A DNA stretch of 64,000 nt from Utricularia gibba (lineage: Eukaryota > Plantae > Magnoliophyta), in NCBI GenBank assembly GCA_002189035.1, contig NEEC01000011.1, positions 2,914,001 to 2,978,000 on the forward strand, given 5' to 3'. The position numbers and the translations under genes were made by a program. How positions within the stretch are numbered: the first letter of the stretch is position 1; every line of letters starts with the position of its first letter. The notes beneath the pieces were generated by a model that worked only from the letters and a program-made list of their open reading frames with translations, was not told the origin of the DNA and did no database searches. This document shows, in pieces, positions 1-12,347 of this stretch.

Positions 1-1019
1 TTTAAAAAAAAAGAATTGGGCGTGGGCTGATGTGTCCTAGAAGTCCACGGGGCCGGACCGTGCCCATCTCTTACTGTTCTTTGCGAATCGTCTTATTGGG
101 TCGTGGTGGCGGGAATGAAGCCCACCAACGAATATTCCTTTTTTTTTTTTGACGATGCAGCCATGGGCCCCATGAGTAACAACATATTGAAACCAGAGTA
201 ACAACGCTGCTGGGATTCGGATATGAGAGAATAAGAGAACTATTTCCATTGGCATTTTGCATGATATGCTTGCTCCGGTTGATAGATGAGAAAGCTGGCG
301 TTTGAGTTACAAGAATCTCATTTCTCTTTACTGGGTTCATAAATTTCTACACCCACACACCCTCCGCATCTTACCTCCGCTCGTGAATCCCTGCACCGGA
401 GCTCGCTCCGCCGTGGCCACGGTTGTGTGGTGTCAAATAAAAACACTATTTTACGTTGCAGACGGGCCCAAATTCTCTCTCGTGGAACAGATTCAGAGGA
501 TCAGAATGCCAGAACTTACTGTTCTCGATCCCAGTGGTTCCTCACGGCGGCCTGAATTCAAGCCTCTCGAAATGCGAGGCTCTGCTGCGTCTGCCGTCTC
601 ATCCCTCAATACAGATTTGGAAGCTGGATCTCCCACCCACGGCTGATGGATGCATCATGGGCTCCAAGATTCCCATCAAATTCTCTCATTTCGGCAGTAT
701 TTGGCCGCTGGCTCTTCCACTTCTGAGTTTCGTCTAGGTTCAAATTTTATGACCGTTACCGTTGCCGCTTTTTTTTTTTTTTTTTTTTTTCTCTCCCCCA
801 TTTTTCAAGTAAAATAAGCAAATTTCTGACTTTTATATAATCAAAATTGCCCGAAAATCCAAAAATTTATTAAACATTTTAGTATTTGGATTTGACACAC
901 AAACACAATCAACTCATCACTTAGACTTGAGTCTGTCTTCCCGGGAGGCCCCAGCGTCAACTTGAAGTGGTGAAGCAATGTCAGTCAGCCAACACAATCC
1001 CATAAAAAAAGATGCACCT

Positions 1020-1148
1020 CTACGCCGCCGGAGCCACGCTGGGTCCATCGTCGTCATCGTCATCGTCGCCGCCGCCGCCTCTTCGAGCCGCGACCAGGAC
1101 GCATCCGACTTCAGCCCCGAATCGATGCGCAACTTCGAGAATACCCAT
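1020..1148 (-). CDS. IMA: IRON MAN (IMA/FEP)-type micropeptide, 42 aa, single exon
   Basis: Hand-translated ORF ATG(1148)-TAG(1020): MGILEVAHRFGAEVGCVLVAARRGGGGDDDDDDDGPSVAPAA. C-terminal G-poly-D-x-APAA* is the IMA hallmark. TATA box (TATAAAT, 1210-1216 on -) lies about 62 nt upstream. Below the 60-aa cutoff of the ORF track. Confidence 0.85.
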   Translation of the reverse strand: MGILEVAHRFGAEVGCVLVAARRGGGGDDDDDDDGPSVAPAA

Positions 1149-1207
1149 GGGGGCCTGTACTCAGTGCACCTGATGCGGGAGAATGAGATGAGGGTGTCTG
1201 CGCAGGG

Positions 1208-1402
1208 TAATTTATAGGGCGCTGCGTCTGGGAAGAAGAAGAAGGAGGAGGCAGAGGTGGTTGGTTTTGCTGTGAGTTTGATGGGATTCTTCGTGTGCTT
1301 AGCCTCCATTCCTTTTACTGCATGAGTGCTGCTCATGGACGCGAGTGGCGTGCGTGTGGAATGCAGGAGCTTGCTCACTCCATGAGTGCAGAGTCCACGT
1401 GG
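1208..1402 (-). promoter_or_regulatory. IMA core promoter: TATA box, G-box and duplicated CATGAGTGC
   Basis: CTATAAATTA on - strand at 1208-1217; palindromic CCACGTGG at 1395-1402; CATGAGTGC at 1321-1329 and 1381-1389; CATGC (IDE1 core) on - strand at 1320-1324. Confidence 0.55.
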
Positions 1403-2942
1403 GATTCCTTTGGATCCCTTCACACCTGGGCGGATTCAGACAGGTTTGCTTCGGTGGCGGCCGGTGGGTACACCCTTTAGGACTGCATTGTCGGCTACTT
1501 ACCAGTCCATCCCTGTGTTATTGGTGGAATAGGGAATAGGAACACCATTATTGGATTCCAAATCATGCTAATTAGATATTCTAAAGATATTTTCGATAAT
1601 GGATTACTCTCACAATTACAAAGAAGAGATTTTTGTTTTTAAATAACAAGAACAACTTATTAATTTCTACTATATTATGAAAACTAGTTCGATATATTAG
1701 ATCAAACTATAATACATTAGAAAATTAAAGTAAAATAATTAAATATATAAAAGATTATGAATCATTAGTCATAGGTTAAAAAATATAATTTATGTTTGTT
1801 GTATATTTGAATTTTATAAATATTTATTGGATTCATTAAATTCTTAATTTTAATATGATATTAAAATATTTATACTGAGATACGGTTTGGATAGTCAAGA
1901 TGAGCATATGGTCGAACTTTTGATTACAAAAAATAAATAAAGAAGATATATTGGACTTAATCAATGAAAGTTAAATTAATCTATGATTAAAACACTATCT
2001 ATAATAATGTAGGCATGTGCATGAGACTACTTTTATCCTAAATAACACTAAACATTGATAACCTTAAATGTGGATAAAGATTAATTTTGAAGTTTTCAGA
2101 ACCAATGTGGGATTTTTAACGGCTTCAAATTAAAACCCTTTTTAAAACTGGTCAACACATTCCAAATACAGATACGACTCAACTTTGACTCCCGTAAAAA
2201 AAAAACGTGATCGAATCATTTACGTTCTCGTGTTAAACGCCAATTGGATCTGCAGCCGCCAAACGTTTTTCATTTTGGGCCTTCTTCATTCGGCCCAAAT
2301 AAACCCAAGCCCAGCCACGCGGGTGAGTGACCTGTCACCTTTGTCCACGTCATCAAATTGGGGCCCGTAATGATTGCGACGTTCACGTGATCCGAGGATG
2401 GAAAATCCCCTTCTCCACGTGCCTTCCCTCCCTACGTCCATTAACTGCTCAACTCCCTCCCTCCCGGCTTGTCGTCGTTCCCTCGATACCCAATAAATTG
2501 CAGGCACATGCTGCCCTTGGATCCATACCCATATCAATTTTTATTACAATTTAAATGCAAAATGCTCAACTTTTTCTGTGTTTAATGTGGATACACATGC
2601 ATATTCTTACACTTGTGTAAGAAGTGGGACACTATCACTTATGCAGGTAGTTTCATATTAGATGTTCCTGTCGGCATTCATTTTACTAGATTCATCTGCT
2701 CGCTGTGTTTTTGGCTATGGAGTCTGTATAATGCCCTAACCAGTCATGTCCTTGGCTGCACTGAGTGTTGGAGAGACATCCTCCACTTCAACGTCAGGCC
2801 ACATTGGGACCCCTGTGTTCCGCATTTAGTTCGTCAGTCACCCTCCATGTCGCTCTTCCTGCATATAAAACCCAGGCTCCTCTCTCCATATGCAGGCACA
2901 TAACACCCAGTAAAGGTTCTTTTTCTCTACCTGTGAACAACG

Positions 2943-3657
2943 ATGAGGGTCTCCTTCTTGACGCTTTTGCTCTTCGGATCGCTTCTCCGAGTCCAGGGTA
3001 ACGACCTTTTTTCTTCTCGCTGCCGATTATAATCGTCTCCTCTCATCCAACTTTTTTTTCTGTTTTCTGATTTACGAAGGTATACGATGGAGAGACGAAT
3101 TGATGACGATGGGAGGTGTTCAAGTAAGCATATCAGATTGTTTAGTTTGTGTGCTGTTTGGATGAACATCAGGAATGTGGTTTGGGGTGAGTGCAGGAGA
3201 ATGAAGCAGGGGAAGGTGTCAATGGCAGAAGGGCTGTTGAAGAGTCCATTCTTTGCAGAAGCAGACGCTGTTCAGGTAACCAAACCCAGGTCACTCATCT
3301 TACGATAACGCGCCTCAGAAGTTGGTATCGCGATGGCCTTCCCCTCGTAACCCTAATTTAACCAATTAAACTATGGCCGACGCTGAAAAAACCAGTAGGG
3401 ACCCCGTTGGATCTCAATATAAATGCTTGCCGGTGTTAGGGAGGCCGCGAACATGAATCTGCCGGCGATGAAATTTGCCTAAAATAACCAGCATTCTTTG
3501 TTTTCATCTTTTAGGAAATTGTACACGACTACTCATGGAGATGAAGCAGCAGCAGAATGGGGCAGACCCGACAACGAAGCGTGCTTCCTCGGAGATGGCG
3601 GAAATAGTCGGAATGGACTACTCCGTCGCAAGAAGAAGACCCCCGATACATAACTAA
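2943..3657 (+). CDS. RGF/GLV: RGF/GOLVEN/CLEL sulfated-peptide precursor, 106 aa, 4 exons (2943-2997, 3080-3123, 3197-3275, 3515-3657)
   Basis: Hydrophobic signal peptide MRVSFLTLLLFGSLLRVQG; GT-AG introns with matching phases 1/0/1; ends in 13-mer DYSVARRRPPIHN* matching the DY...PP(I)HN RGF motif; TATAAAA at 2864-2870. Confidence 0.9.
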
Positions 3658-4361
3658 CATTTCCGCCCCCGACAACGAAGATAGCTCCTGGTTGACGATG
3701 CTTCCCCTTTTCCATGTTTAAGCGTCCTGTTCATATCTCAGTTTGTATGGAATAAGCCTAACAAAGAGCATGAAGGCAAAGCACTCCAATCACATCCGGC
3801 CCAATCACGGACATAGAGATGGAAATCTTTTTCGAAGATAGGGGGGCAAAACCCCCTGATTATACGGGCATTGCATTACAGTCTAAGAAAACAGAACCAG
3901 ACAAGCAGAAACAACGTAATATTTTGCCCGATCCCTTTACAAAGATGCATGTGTGATGTTGGGGAGCCTGGTGTGCCACAACACACGGCACGCTGTCGAT
4001 TCTGAAAACAGTTTCATCGTTCTTTCTCCGATCACATCATGTCAGATCCTGTAACGATTAATGGATAGCATGTGTGTGTGTTTGTCTTTTTTCCTGGCTT
4101 TATTTTAAATATAGGGTTTTAATAGTATAAAAAAGGGGCACCTGCATCGAAATGTCAAACCCATATCTTTTCGCAACTTCCATCTCGAAAAAGGCCACAT
4201 CTTTTCTAAACTTTTGTCTATTGGGTCCATGTTGGTGATGGATTTGCCCTGTCCATCCTACTTGGGTCTATGAACTTTGTAGAGGCGATTGTCTTTATAT
4301 AATCATGCACACCTTCTATTGAATTGGGCAACAAACAGAAGCATCGAATTTTATCTGTGCC

Positions 4362-5328
4362 ATGGAAGAGGAGGCCGCCGCACACCCGCCGCCTAGCGCA
4401 CCTCCGCCTGTGAGGTCGCGGTGGACCCCGAAACCGGAGCAGATCCTCATTCTTGAATCCATCTTCAACAGTGGGATGGTGAACCCACCAAAAGAGGAAA
4501 CCATCAGAATCCGTAAGCTCCTCGAGAAATTCGGCTCCGTAGGAGATGCCAATGTCTTCTACTGGTTCCAGAACCGTCGCTCGAGGTCCCGCCGCCGGCA
4601 GCGCCAGATTCAGGCCGCCAGGGAAAACCCTGAAAACAAACCAGCTTTCGGTGGATACCCACCTGATCTGCTGTCCAACTACTGCCCTGTCAACTTTGGA
4701 CCCTCTTCATCTTTTAGAACTGATGCTGACGCATTTCATTTCCCCGACAGCCATGGAGTTTTCCCTGAGAACTCGTCCAGTCTCCGCCTCCCCAACAGGG
4801 TAAATTGATAAGGCTACTTCCATATGCGATCCCGAACCCTATTTATTTTCCCATTTAATCCATGTACATATCTTATTAGAAACGATGACGGTTTTCATCA
4901 ATGGGGTGGCTACCGAAGTAGGAAGGGGGCCGGTGGACTTCGCGGCGGCCTTCGGAGGAGGTCTCTTACTGGTCCACTCCTCCGGCACCGCTGTTCCAGT
5001 GAACGAATACGGGCTCCTGACCGAGAGCTTGAAACATGGAGAAAGCTATTTTCTGGTAAATTAACTACAAAACAACAAAAATTAATAAGCATCGGGAATT
5101 GCAAACCTGTAAACGTCAGCCCCCGGAATTTACTATGGATTTGCACTGAATTCCATGGTGATCTTCTTCGTCACGTAGTGTGATCCTTACTGATTTAAAC
5201 TTTGCAGTATTTTCCCTTTTATTCTATTTTCCGGCCTTTTTCCCCCAATTTCAGAATAAAAATTAAATCTTTTGTCGTCAATGAAATAAATTCAGAATGA
5301 CATGTTTCAGGTTCCAAGGCATGAGTGA
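4362..5328 (+). CDS. WOX11: WUSCHEL-related homeobox, WOX11/12 clade (exons about 4362-4799, 4880-5054, 5311-5328)
   Basis: Homeodomain [30 protein letters not shown]...[20 protein letters not shown]; C-terminal [15 protein letters not shown]...LVHSSG..VPVNEYG...GESYFL domain in exon 2. Exon1/exon2 phase is off by one as assembled (see findings). Confidence 0.92.
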
Positions 5329-5803
5329 AGATCACCACTTCATTGAAGAAGGAAGCCCTTGTTATTACAGAATTGTACGGGAGGAGTTATTTCAGACTAC
5401 TACTACTACGTTGTTGAATCTAATGCATGTCCCCTCGGGAACAAAATTTGCTATGTTTTGCCTTTTTTACCCTTCCGTACCATTTGTGGTTAATGTGAAA
5501 ACTTGCAACTTGCACGATATTATATTTTTTCGAAATGAATTATTTATAATATTGAGAAAAAAAATTGGGTTTTTTTTTGTTCTTGACGCAATGACGGGTG
5601 GGATGGTTGGGAGATGAACCCGACCCGGATACTCGTTACCCGTGGTTCGATCCGATTTGCTAAGCAGAGTTGGCGCGGGGGTTCAAGGGATTGACTCTCT
5701 TCGCAAGGAACTATGGGGTTCCGAGAACTTATGCCGCGCGCACGCTGTAGATTGATTTTCGCCATAGTCGCGGAAACTCGAGTTTTCACTGCGCCGAGAA
5801 ATC

Positions 5804-6588
5804 ATGGGAAAAGGCCCTGGACGCTACTCCGATATTGGCTAAAAGGCTCGAGGTCTGTTTTGGTTTTTTGTTTTCTATATCGCGTTTCAGACATCGTGAG
5901 TGTATCTTTTTTTTTTCTGCTTCTGGAGCGTGATTTGGATTTTATGGCGCTGTTTATGTTGGTTGTATGAGTTCCATTGTTTTCTTTGTAGATGTCCTGT
6001 ACAAGGATTACGATACCGGCCAGAAATTGACACTCACCACTTAATTTTAAGCTCGTTGTAGATCGTGAGTACTTGTATTTTAAGCTCTTTGATCCGGTTG
6101 TTTGTACATGATCTCTGTGTGTTCGGTTTTCCTCATTTGATCACGGCTGTGTTTCTTAGGCATTTGTGGTAAAATTTTGATATTCTGAATTAGTGTATGT
6201 TGTTGAATGGTGCTTATTTTTTGCAGTTAGTCTCTGTTCTTGCAGTGCGCTTCTTTAGCCTGTCGATTAAATAACACGTCGGCAGGTTGTGTAATGATTG
6301 CGTTAGTTAAAAACTTCAAGGTGGGGAACCACTCCCTTATCAGTTGAGTTTTATTTTGTTTCTAGTGTTTACTTCTCCAGCAACCAGAACAATACATCAT
6401 TTGGGATACAGCATCCTCTGAACCCATTGGCAGCGGTAAAGGCAAAATTCAATAAATCAGGGAAGGTGGCTGCCTTGATTCAGTACGAATTTCAACCAAA
6501 TTCTCTGGTCACCTTATCTACTGAGCTTGATACCAAGTTCATTGACAAGATCCCCAAGTTTGGGCTGGCACTGGCTCTCAGGAAATGA
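5804..6588 (+). pseudogene. VDAC: VDAC (mitochondrial porin) pseudogene
   Basis: Exon 1 MGKGPGRYSDIG*KAR (TAA at 5840-5842 where K is expected); exon 2 DVLYKDYDTGQKLTLTT** (5992-6064); last exon remnant 6367-6588 ...FGIQHPLNPLAAVKAKFNKSGKVAALIQYEF...KFGLALALRK*; no recognisable middle exons. Confidence 0.85.
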
Positions 6589-6785
6589 GTTTCTTGCTTC
6601 TCTTTGAAAATGATGATGATCCACTTTGGATTTGGGTCTTCCTTCTTTAATGATTTTTCCCACCCCGGCATATTTGTATGAATCCATATGTGAACTTTCT
6701 ACAAATGAGTGGAATATCTTCTCACTGTTTGAAAATGTGGCATTAAGTAACAGAATACGTTTCTTTGTACGTTCTCTACGTATTT

Positions 6786-8819
6786 CTACACATTTGCATT
6801 TGATTTGTCTATGTTTCTTATAGGGCCCTTGAACCACTTCCTTGCATCCACAATCCACCAAAGCATGACCAAGCCCAGAACTGTTCCCAGCACGATCGGA
6901 GCGTAGTTGAAGTTACTCAGACTCAGGGGATAGCTTGTGGGCAGAAGGAAGACAGCGGAAGTGTAGAAAATCCAGAGAAAGGCTACCAAGCAAACCGGCC
7001 TGGCTGCTTTGCCTAAGTAGAAAGGGCCAGGATTGAACCTCTCCTCCGCCATTACCATTCGAGCAAAGATCGGAATCATGTACCCGCCTTCCCATCCGAT
7101 TGTGGCTATGGAAGTGATCGCCGTGAAAACGACGTTAACTCTCAAGATTGGTAGCCCGAGCAAAATGGTGATGGCGGCACAGAGCCACACTGCATTTGCA
7201 GGTATTTTTTGTTTCGGAAGAAGCCTTTTCCATACCGAAGAAAACGGTACTCCTCTGTCTCTTGACAATGCATAAACCTGTTAAGAAGAATCTCTCTGCT
7301 GTCACGTTAATTGATCAAGAAAGTGAAATTCTGATATTGTTCTGCACTCACCACTCTTGCTGCACTTGCAGTTATTGATAGCCCACCGAAGAAGAACGAA
7401 CCCCAGATGATAACGAGCAAGACTATGGCACCAGCAGAGTTATGATATCTCCCATGGAATGCATCATACAGTATCTGAGCTGGTACGAAAACGCCGGCAG
7501 TCTCGTTGCTAGGATCGTACAGATAAGCGAAGTTCTGAAAGGAGTTGCAGGCCTCTTCAAGTTTAGGAACTGGTTATGAAAAAGATGATGAGACACAGAA
7601 TATGAAACCTGAATACTGAAGGTCAGAGCCAGTATGAACGCCCATCCAAACACCGTGATGATCGCAATGCTTGAAAGCATAGCCACAGGACCACTCTTGT
7701 CTGCCCCTTTCGTCTCCTCGGTAAGATGGGCAGCCGCATCATATCCATATAGAGAATACTGGCTTACAAGAAGGGCAAGAATGACAGCATACACAGTGCT
7801 TGATACCCCAGTTGACTCTGATGCAACGTCAAAAGCTGTAAAGACATATGAAGCTGGTTGTGTTGTCAAGGCTACCAGGGGAAGAGTGATGACTATAGCC
7901 GCCCCGCCGATCACCTAGAGAAAGTCTCGTTACAGGAATAGGTGATTGGTGTTATCGGAAAACGAAGAGTTGAGCCGGAAACCTACCTGCCACCATATGG
8001 AAATCACGTCCAAAAACGCAATGACTTCTATTGCAAAGGTATTGAGAATCGCCCAGATGACTGTCAGCCCTATGTACATGCACAAGAAGAGCCACCTGGG
8101 AGCGAAGTATCCGCCATTTTTGTTTGTCCCAGTGCTCAGTAGAATGATACTCTGCAAGGTTTGGCTCCCTGCATAGGCCTGAAAACTCATGAATCAGTCA
8201 TGTCTAAGGTTGCCGCTGGAGAAGCTACAGAAGCAAGAATGATGATCATTCACCTGCGTCCCTATGGCAGCAATCAGCCCTATCATCTCAAGCCAAGCGC
8301 AGCACCAGGATGCAAAGGGTCCCCATTTGGGACCAGCTAAATGCGCAGCCCAGAAGTAGAGAGATCCCGTGGTCTGATAAGCATACAAAAAGACCCCAGG
8401 TTTTGGTCAACGATTTACACTGAAATCCGCAGATGTGGGAAAAGAAGGATCATGCAAACCGGGAAAGATGAGCAGATTTCAGCCATGGCGAGACCAACAA
8501 ACCAAGTGAAGATCGACACCACAACCCAGCCCCAGACAACGGGCGCCGGCCCAGCGTACTGCAGGCTCGAACCGTACAGCGGAGTGATCCCAGTGAAGAG
8601 TGTCATCGACGAAAAGGAGATAGCCAGCATCTTGAACATCGTCTGAGGCATCATGCCACAAAGAAAAACGACAGGTAAATTTCCAAATCCCTAACAACCC
8701 AATTTAACAGTCGATCAGTTAACATGAACAGGGTTGATCGGAGTTACTATTTCTCTTCGGAGTTCCTGCTTGTACCCAAGCTCATTAAGCCGCTTCTCCG
8801 CCGCGTCGACAGGTTCCAT
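6786..8819 (-). CDS. BAT1: Amino-acid permease, BAT1/GABA-permease-like (APC family), multi-exon
   Basis: Exon 1 MEPVDAAEKRLNELGYKQELRREI (8819-8748), then FKMLAISFSSMTLFTGITPLYGSSL, AEICSSFP, TTGSLYFWAAHLAGPKWGP, YGYDAAAHLTEETKGAD, WWIVDARKWFKGP; several hydrophobic TM segments. Confidence 0.93.
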
Positions 8820-9789
8820 CCTTGAAGCCTCCGCCCAAACTGCTGGGAGCAAAAAAAGAGAGGGAGAGAGAGAGGAGGAGGAAGACGAAGAATCGGGAAA
8901 GTTGCAATGAGAGCAAGAAGCACCTATTGACGCTTTCCAGCGTTTGGTAAAGACCAGTCGGCGAGAGTTGAAAATGGAGACGGCAGAATATGCAGGCAGT
9001 TTGACTGGGTAGCTTTTAAAACTATGCGCAGGCTGGTGCGTTCTCATTGGTCTACGCGTCACCACGAAACATAACCTTGTCCTAAGTAGGTTACTAATAT
9101 TTTAAAATACAATATTTCCAAATTGTTTTTATTCAATTTATCCTAAAAGTTTATTTTAAGTATACAATTAAAGACTTTTTAAATCGTTTCTAGGAGAAAT
9201 ATTTTGTTTTAAAAAATCTTTAAATAATTTAAAAATCTTAAAAAAAAATTTCGAAGCATCCTACAAGAGAAAGTCAACTATTGGCTAGGGAGATTCATTA
9301 ATTTTTAGTGATTACATCATAAAACCTATATTTAATTATTTTTTACAGAAATACTTCAAAAAATAATTTTATTATCAAATACGAACCTCTATCCAAAAAT
9401 AGTTGAAAAGAAGACGAGGGCATCCCTACACCGAAAACCAGGATTTGAATGTCGTGGAGTTGGGGGGCATGAGCTGGGGCCTGGGGGAGATATTTAAATA
9501 TTCTTTTGGGGTGGGGGAAACGGAACATTAATAAGAGTTGAGGGGTCTATTTAATATTAATTTATGGCGGGGACACAAATGAAATAAAAGAAAACTTCCT
9601 GGAGATATTATGTGACCAACGACTCCTCTTTCTTTTTTCAGCGGGGAAATTGCGCGGCGAAGAGAGGTGCGACGTGGCGCAATGCTACCGTCGGCAATTT
9701 CCGGCGGTGCTGCGATGGGATGTTTACTGGACCTTTAGGAAGGTTTACATCCGATACTCACAGTAGAATCTGCCTCGACGATTGCGGCG

Positions 9790-12144
9790 ATGGCTGCACT
9801 GTACTCGCCTCTCGGCCCATTCTTTTCTGTGAGTTTGTTTCCTTTTTGTTTTTAAGGAGAGTGCGAGGTTGGAAATTGTTGTAGATCGTTGTTTGAAGCC
9901 TTCCGAAATGATTTCTTTCTTCATGGCATATTTTGGGCAGAGCATGTCGATTGAGTCCATGTATTTTAGTTGTTTGGTTAAATGTTGCACTTTTTATGCC
10001 GGAATTGAGTAATGCGGTTGCCAATTTTTATTTGCAGAAGATGAAAGGTGCGAGACAGCTTCTAAGGACATTGTGTATGGGCATGTTTCTCAGCCGACGT
10101 TTACTTTGTTAATTGAAAAGAAAAAGATAACTATGATTTGAGCCATAGTTGAATCTGGGCTCTTTAACAGTTATGTTATCATCTCTGTTTTGATCACACT
10201 ATCTTGTTTATGGTCTTTCAATGGTGTCTCACAGATGGCATTCGACCGGTTTTGACATCCGAAACACATTTCGCATCACCATATGCATTTTCTGATAATT
10301 CGTTTAAATTTGCGCCTCGCTCATACCACATTTCTCCTTCCGGTGCCACAATGGAGAACAAAGAGTTACCTGCGAACTTTCTGAGAGACAAAATGATGAT
10401 CCCCACTGCAGAGCCTCCAAGATCTGAAGATATTGAGCTTTTGCGCCAATTTTTTGAAAGAAGGTACACAGATATCAGTTTTGTGTGTGAGATTATGCTG
10501 GGGCCGTTTAGTTTATGAAGATCATTTATATACTTGCAATACTACTTGACAGCTCAAATGTTGTTGTATTGACTGGGGCTGGTATAAGTACAGAAAGTGG
10601 GATCCCTGATTACAGAAGGTATTTTTTTTCACTCTTCGCTATTTTCTTATAGATGTTTCTTAGATGCGCAATTGAGAGTCTTCTGCAACTGATTTCAGCC
10701 CCAATGGAGCCTACAGCACTGGTTTCCGCCCAATTACTCATCAGGTGATTTGAAGGCTTCCTCAGACTCGAGTTCTTCTCTTATCTACTTAGTTAAGAAT
10801 TTTGAGAATTCTCATTGGTAGGTGAGTCTCAGTCTCCAGATACTATGCTTCAGAGGTTTAGGAATTTAAGATATTGCGTATTATGTAGTAGGAATTCATC
10901 CGTTCTGCTAGATCACGAAGACGGTATTGGGCGAGGAGTTATGCTGGATGGAGAAGATTTACTGCAGCTCAGCCTGGGCCAGCGCATAAGGCATTAGCTT
11001 CCCTTGAAAAAGCTGGCCGTATAAGATTTCTGATTACCCAAAATGTAGACAGGTGATGACAGTCTGAAAGATCCTGCTGTAGATGAACTTAAAACTAATA
11101 TGACAGTTAACTAGCTCCTGTTTTTTGTCATCTTATAGCATATTATATTTCAGATTGCACCATCGGGCTGGCAGTAACCCTCTCGAGCTGCACGGGACGG
11201 TCTACGTAGTTGCATGTATAGAGTGTGGATTTTCTCTTTCTCGAAGTTCTTTCCAGGATCATGTTAAGGCTCTTAACCCAAAGGTGATGTTAGCTATTAT
11301 GTTCATTGCATCCATGTCATTTTTTTTCTTTTTAAGATTCTTTTTAGATGCATCAATGCACTTCACTCTGCAATAATTTTCTTTGCCTCATGACACACCT
11401 GTAGTGGGCTGAAGCAATTGAAAGTCTGGATTATGATAGCAATTCAGACAAGAGTTTCGGAATGAAGCAAAGACCTGATGGTGATATTGAAATCAATGAG
11501 AAGTTTTGGGAAGAGGAATTCAACATTCCTAGTTGTCCCCAGTGTAATGGTGTTCTGAAACCTGATGTATGCCACTTTTCTATCCGTTCATTTCCTACTG
11601 CTCACCGTCTAGCCCATCTAAGCATGTGGATTAGGATACATGTCGATTATCCCCTTCTGAGCTTGTAGTTTTTGTTGATAACAACACTGGGGCTCTGCTT
11701 TTCAGGTTGTCTTCTTTGGTGACAACGTCCCCCAAGGTAGAGCTGACAGAGCGATGAAAGCTGCCAAAGAATGTGATGCCTTTCTTGCCCTAGGATCTTC
11801 ACTGATGACAATGTCTGCTTTCCGACTCATCCGGTAATAAATTACAGGCCCACCACCGGATTCCAATAGTGTGATTACCTGATTCCCTATTTTTTTTTTC
11901 ATCCAGAGCTGCCCATGAGGCCTGTGCTGCTACTGCCATTGTGAACATAGGCGCAACACGTGCAGACAGTATCGTTCATCTGAAAATCAGTGCCCGTCTT
12001 GGCGAGGTACACATTTTCTGCATCTTTTTTAAGCTGCAAGAACTGGCTGAAGGCACTGATACCATGTTACGTGTTGATCATTTGGTGGTTCAGATATTGC
12101 CGAGACTGCTTTCTGTTGGTTCTCTCAGCGTACCGGCTGACTAG
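9790..12144 (+). CDS. SRT2: NAD-dependent deacylase SRT2 (class II, organellar sirtuin), about 11 exons
   Basis: [48 protein letters not shown], CxxC zinc motifs, LKPDVVFFGDNVP, LGSSLMTMSAFRL, VNIGATRAD across canonical GT-AG exons. Start ATG 9790 is inferred. Confidence 0.93.
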
Positions 12145-12347
12145 AAAAACCAAAAAAAAGTATGGCTACCACACACACAAACACACACACACAATGTGTA
12201 ATTCATTTTTATCAAATGATGTGCAGCAACCTAATATCGTGCCTGAAGCAGCAAAATGTGCGTTTTATTTCTCAACTTTTTCCAAAATATGCAGTTTTAG
12301 TATACAACACCAGTGAAAGTTGCAAAGTTTCTAGTATTTTGTATGTA

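Noticed and set aside
302-646. Possible terminal exon (acceptor TTGCAG at about 460, ...RPEFKPLEMRGSAASAVSSLNTDLEAGSPTHG*) of a gene starting before the window
   Set aside because: No family recognised and no upstream exon could be joined with confidence.
584-661. Short - strand ORF also starting MGILE, near the IMA gene
   Set aside because: No acidic tract or APAA terminus and no TATA box; the resemblance is probably chance.
917-1480. ORF-track ORFs 917-1423(-), 978-1217(+) and 1295-1480(+), and a miR393-like TCCAAAGGAATC on the - strand
   Set aside because: The ORFs are shadows of the IMA gene and its promoter; the miRNA-like match covers only about 12 nt and has no hairpin partner.
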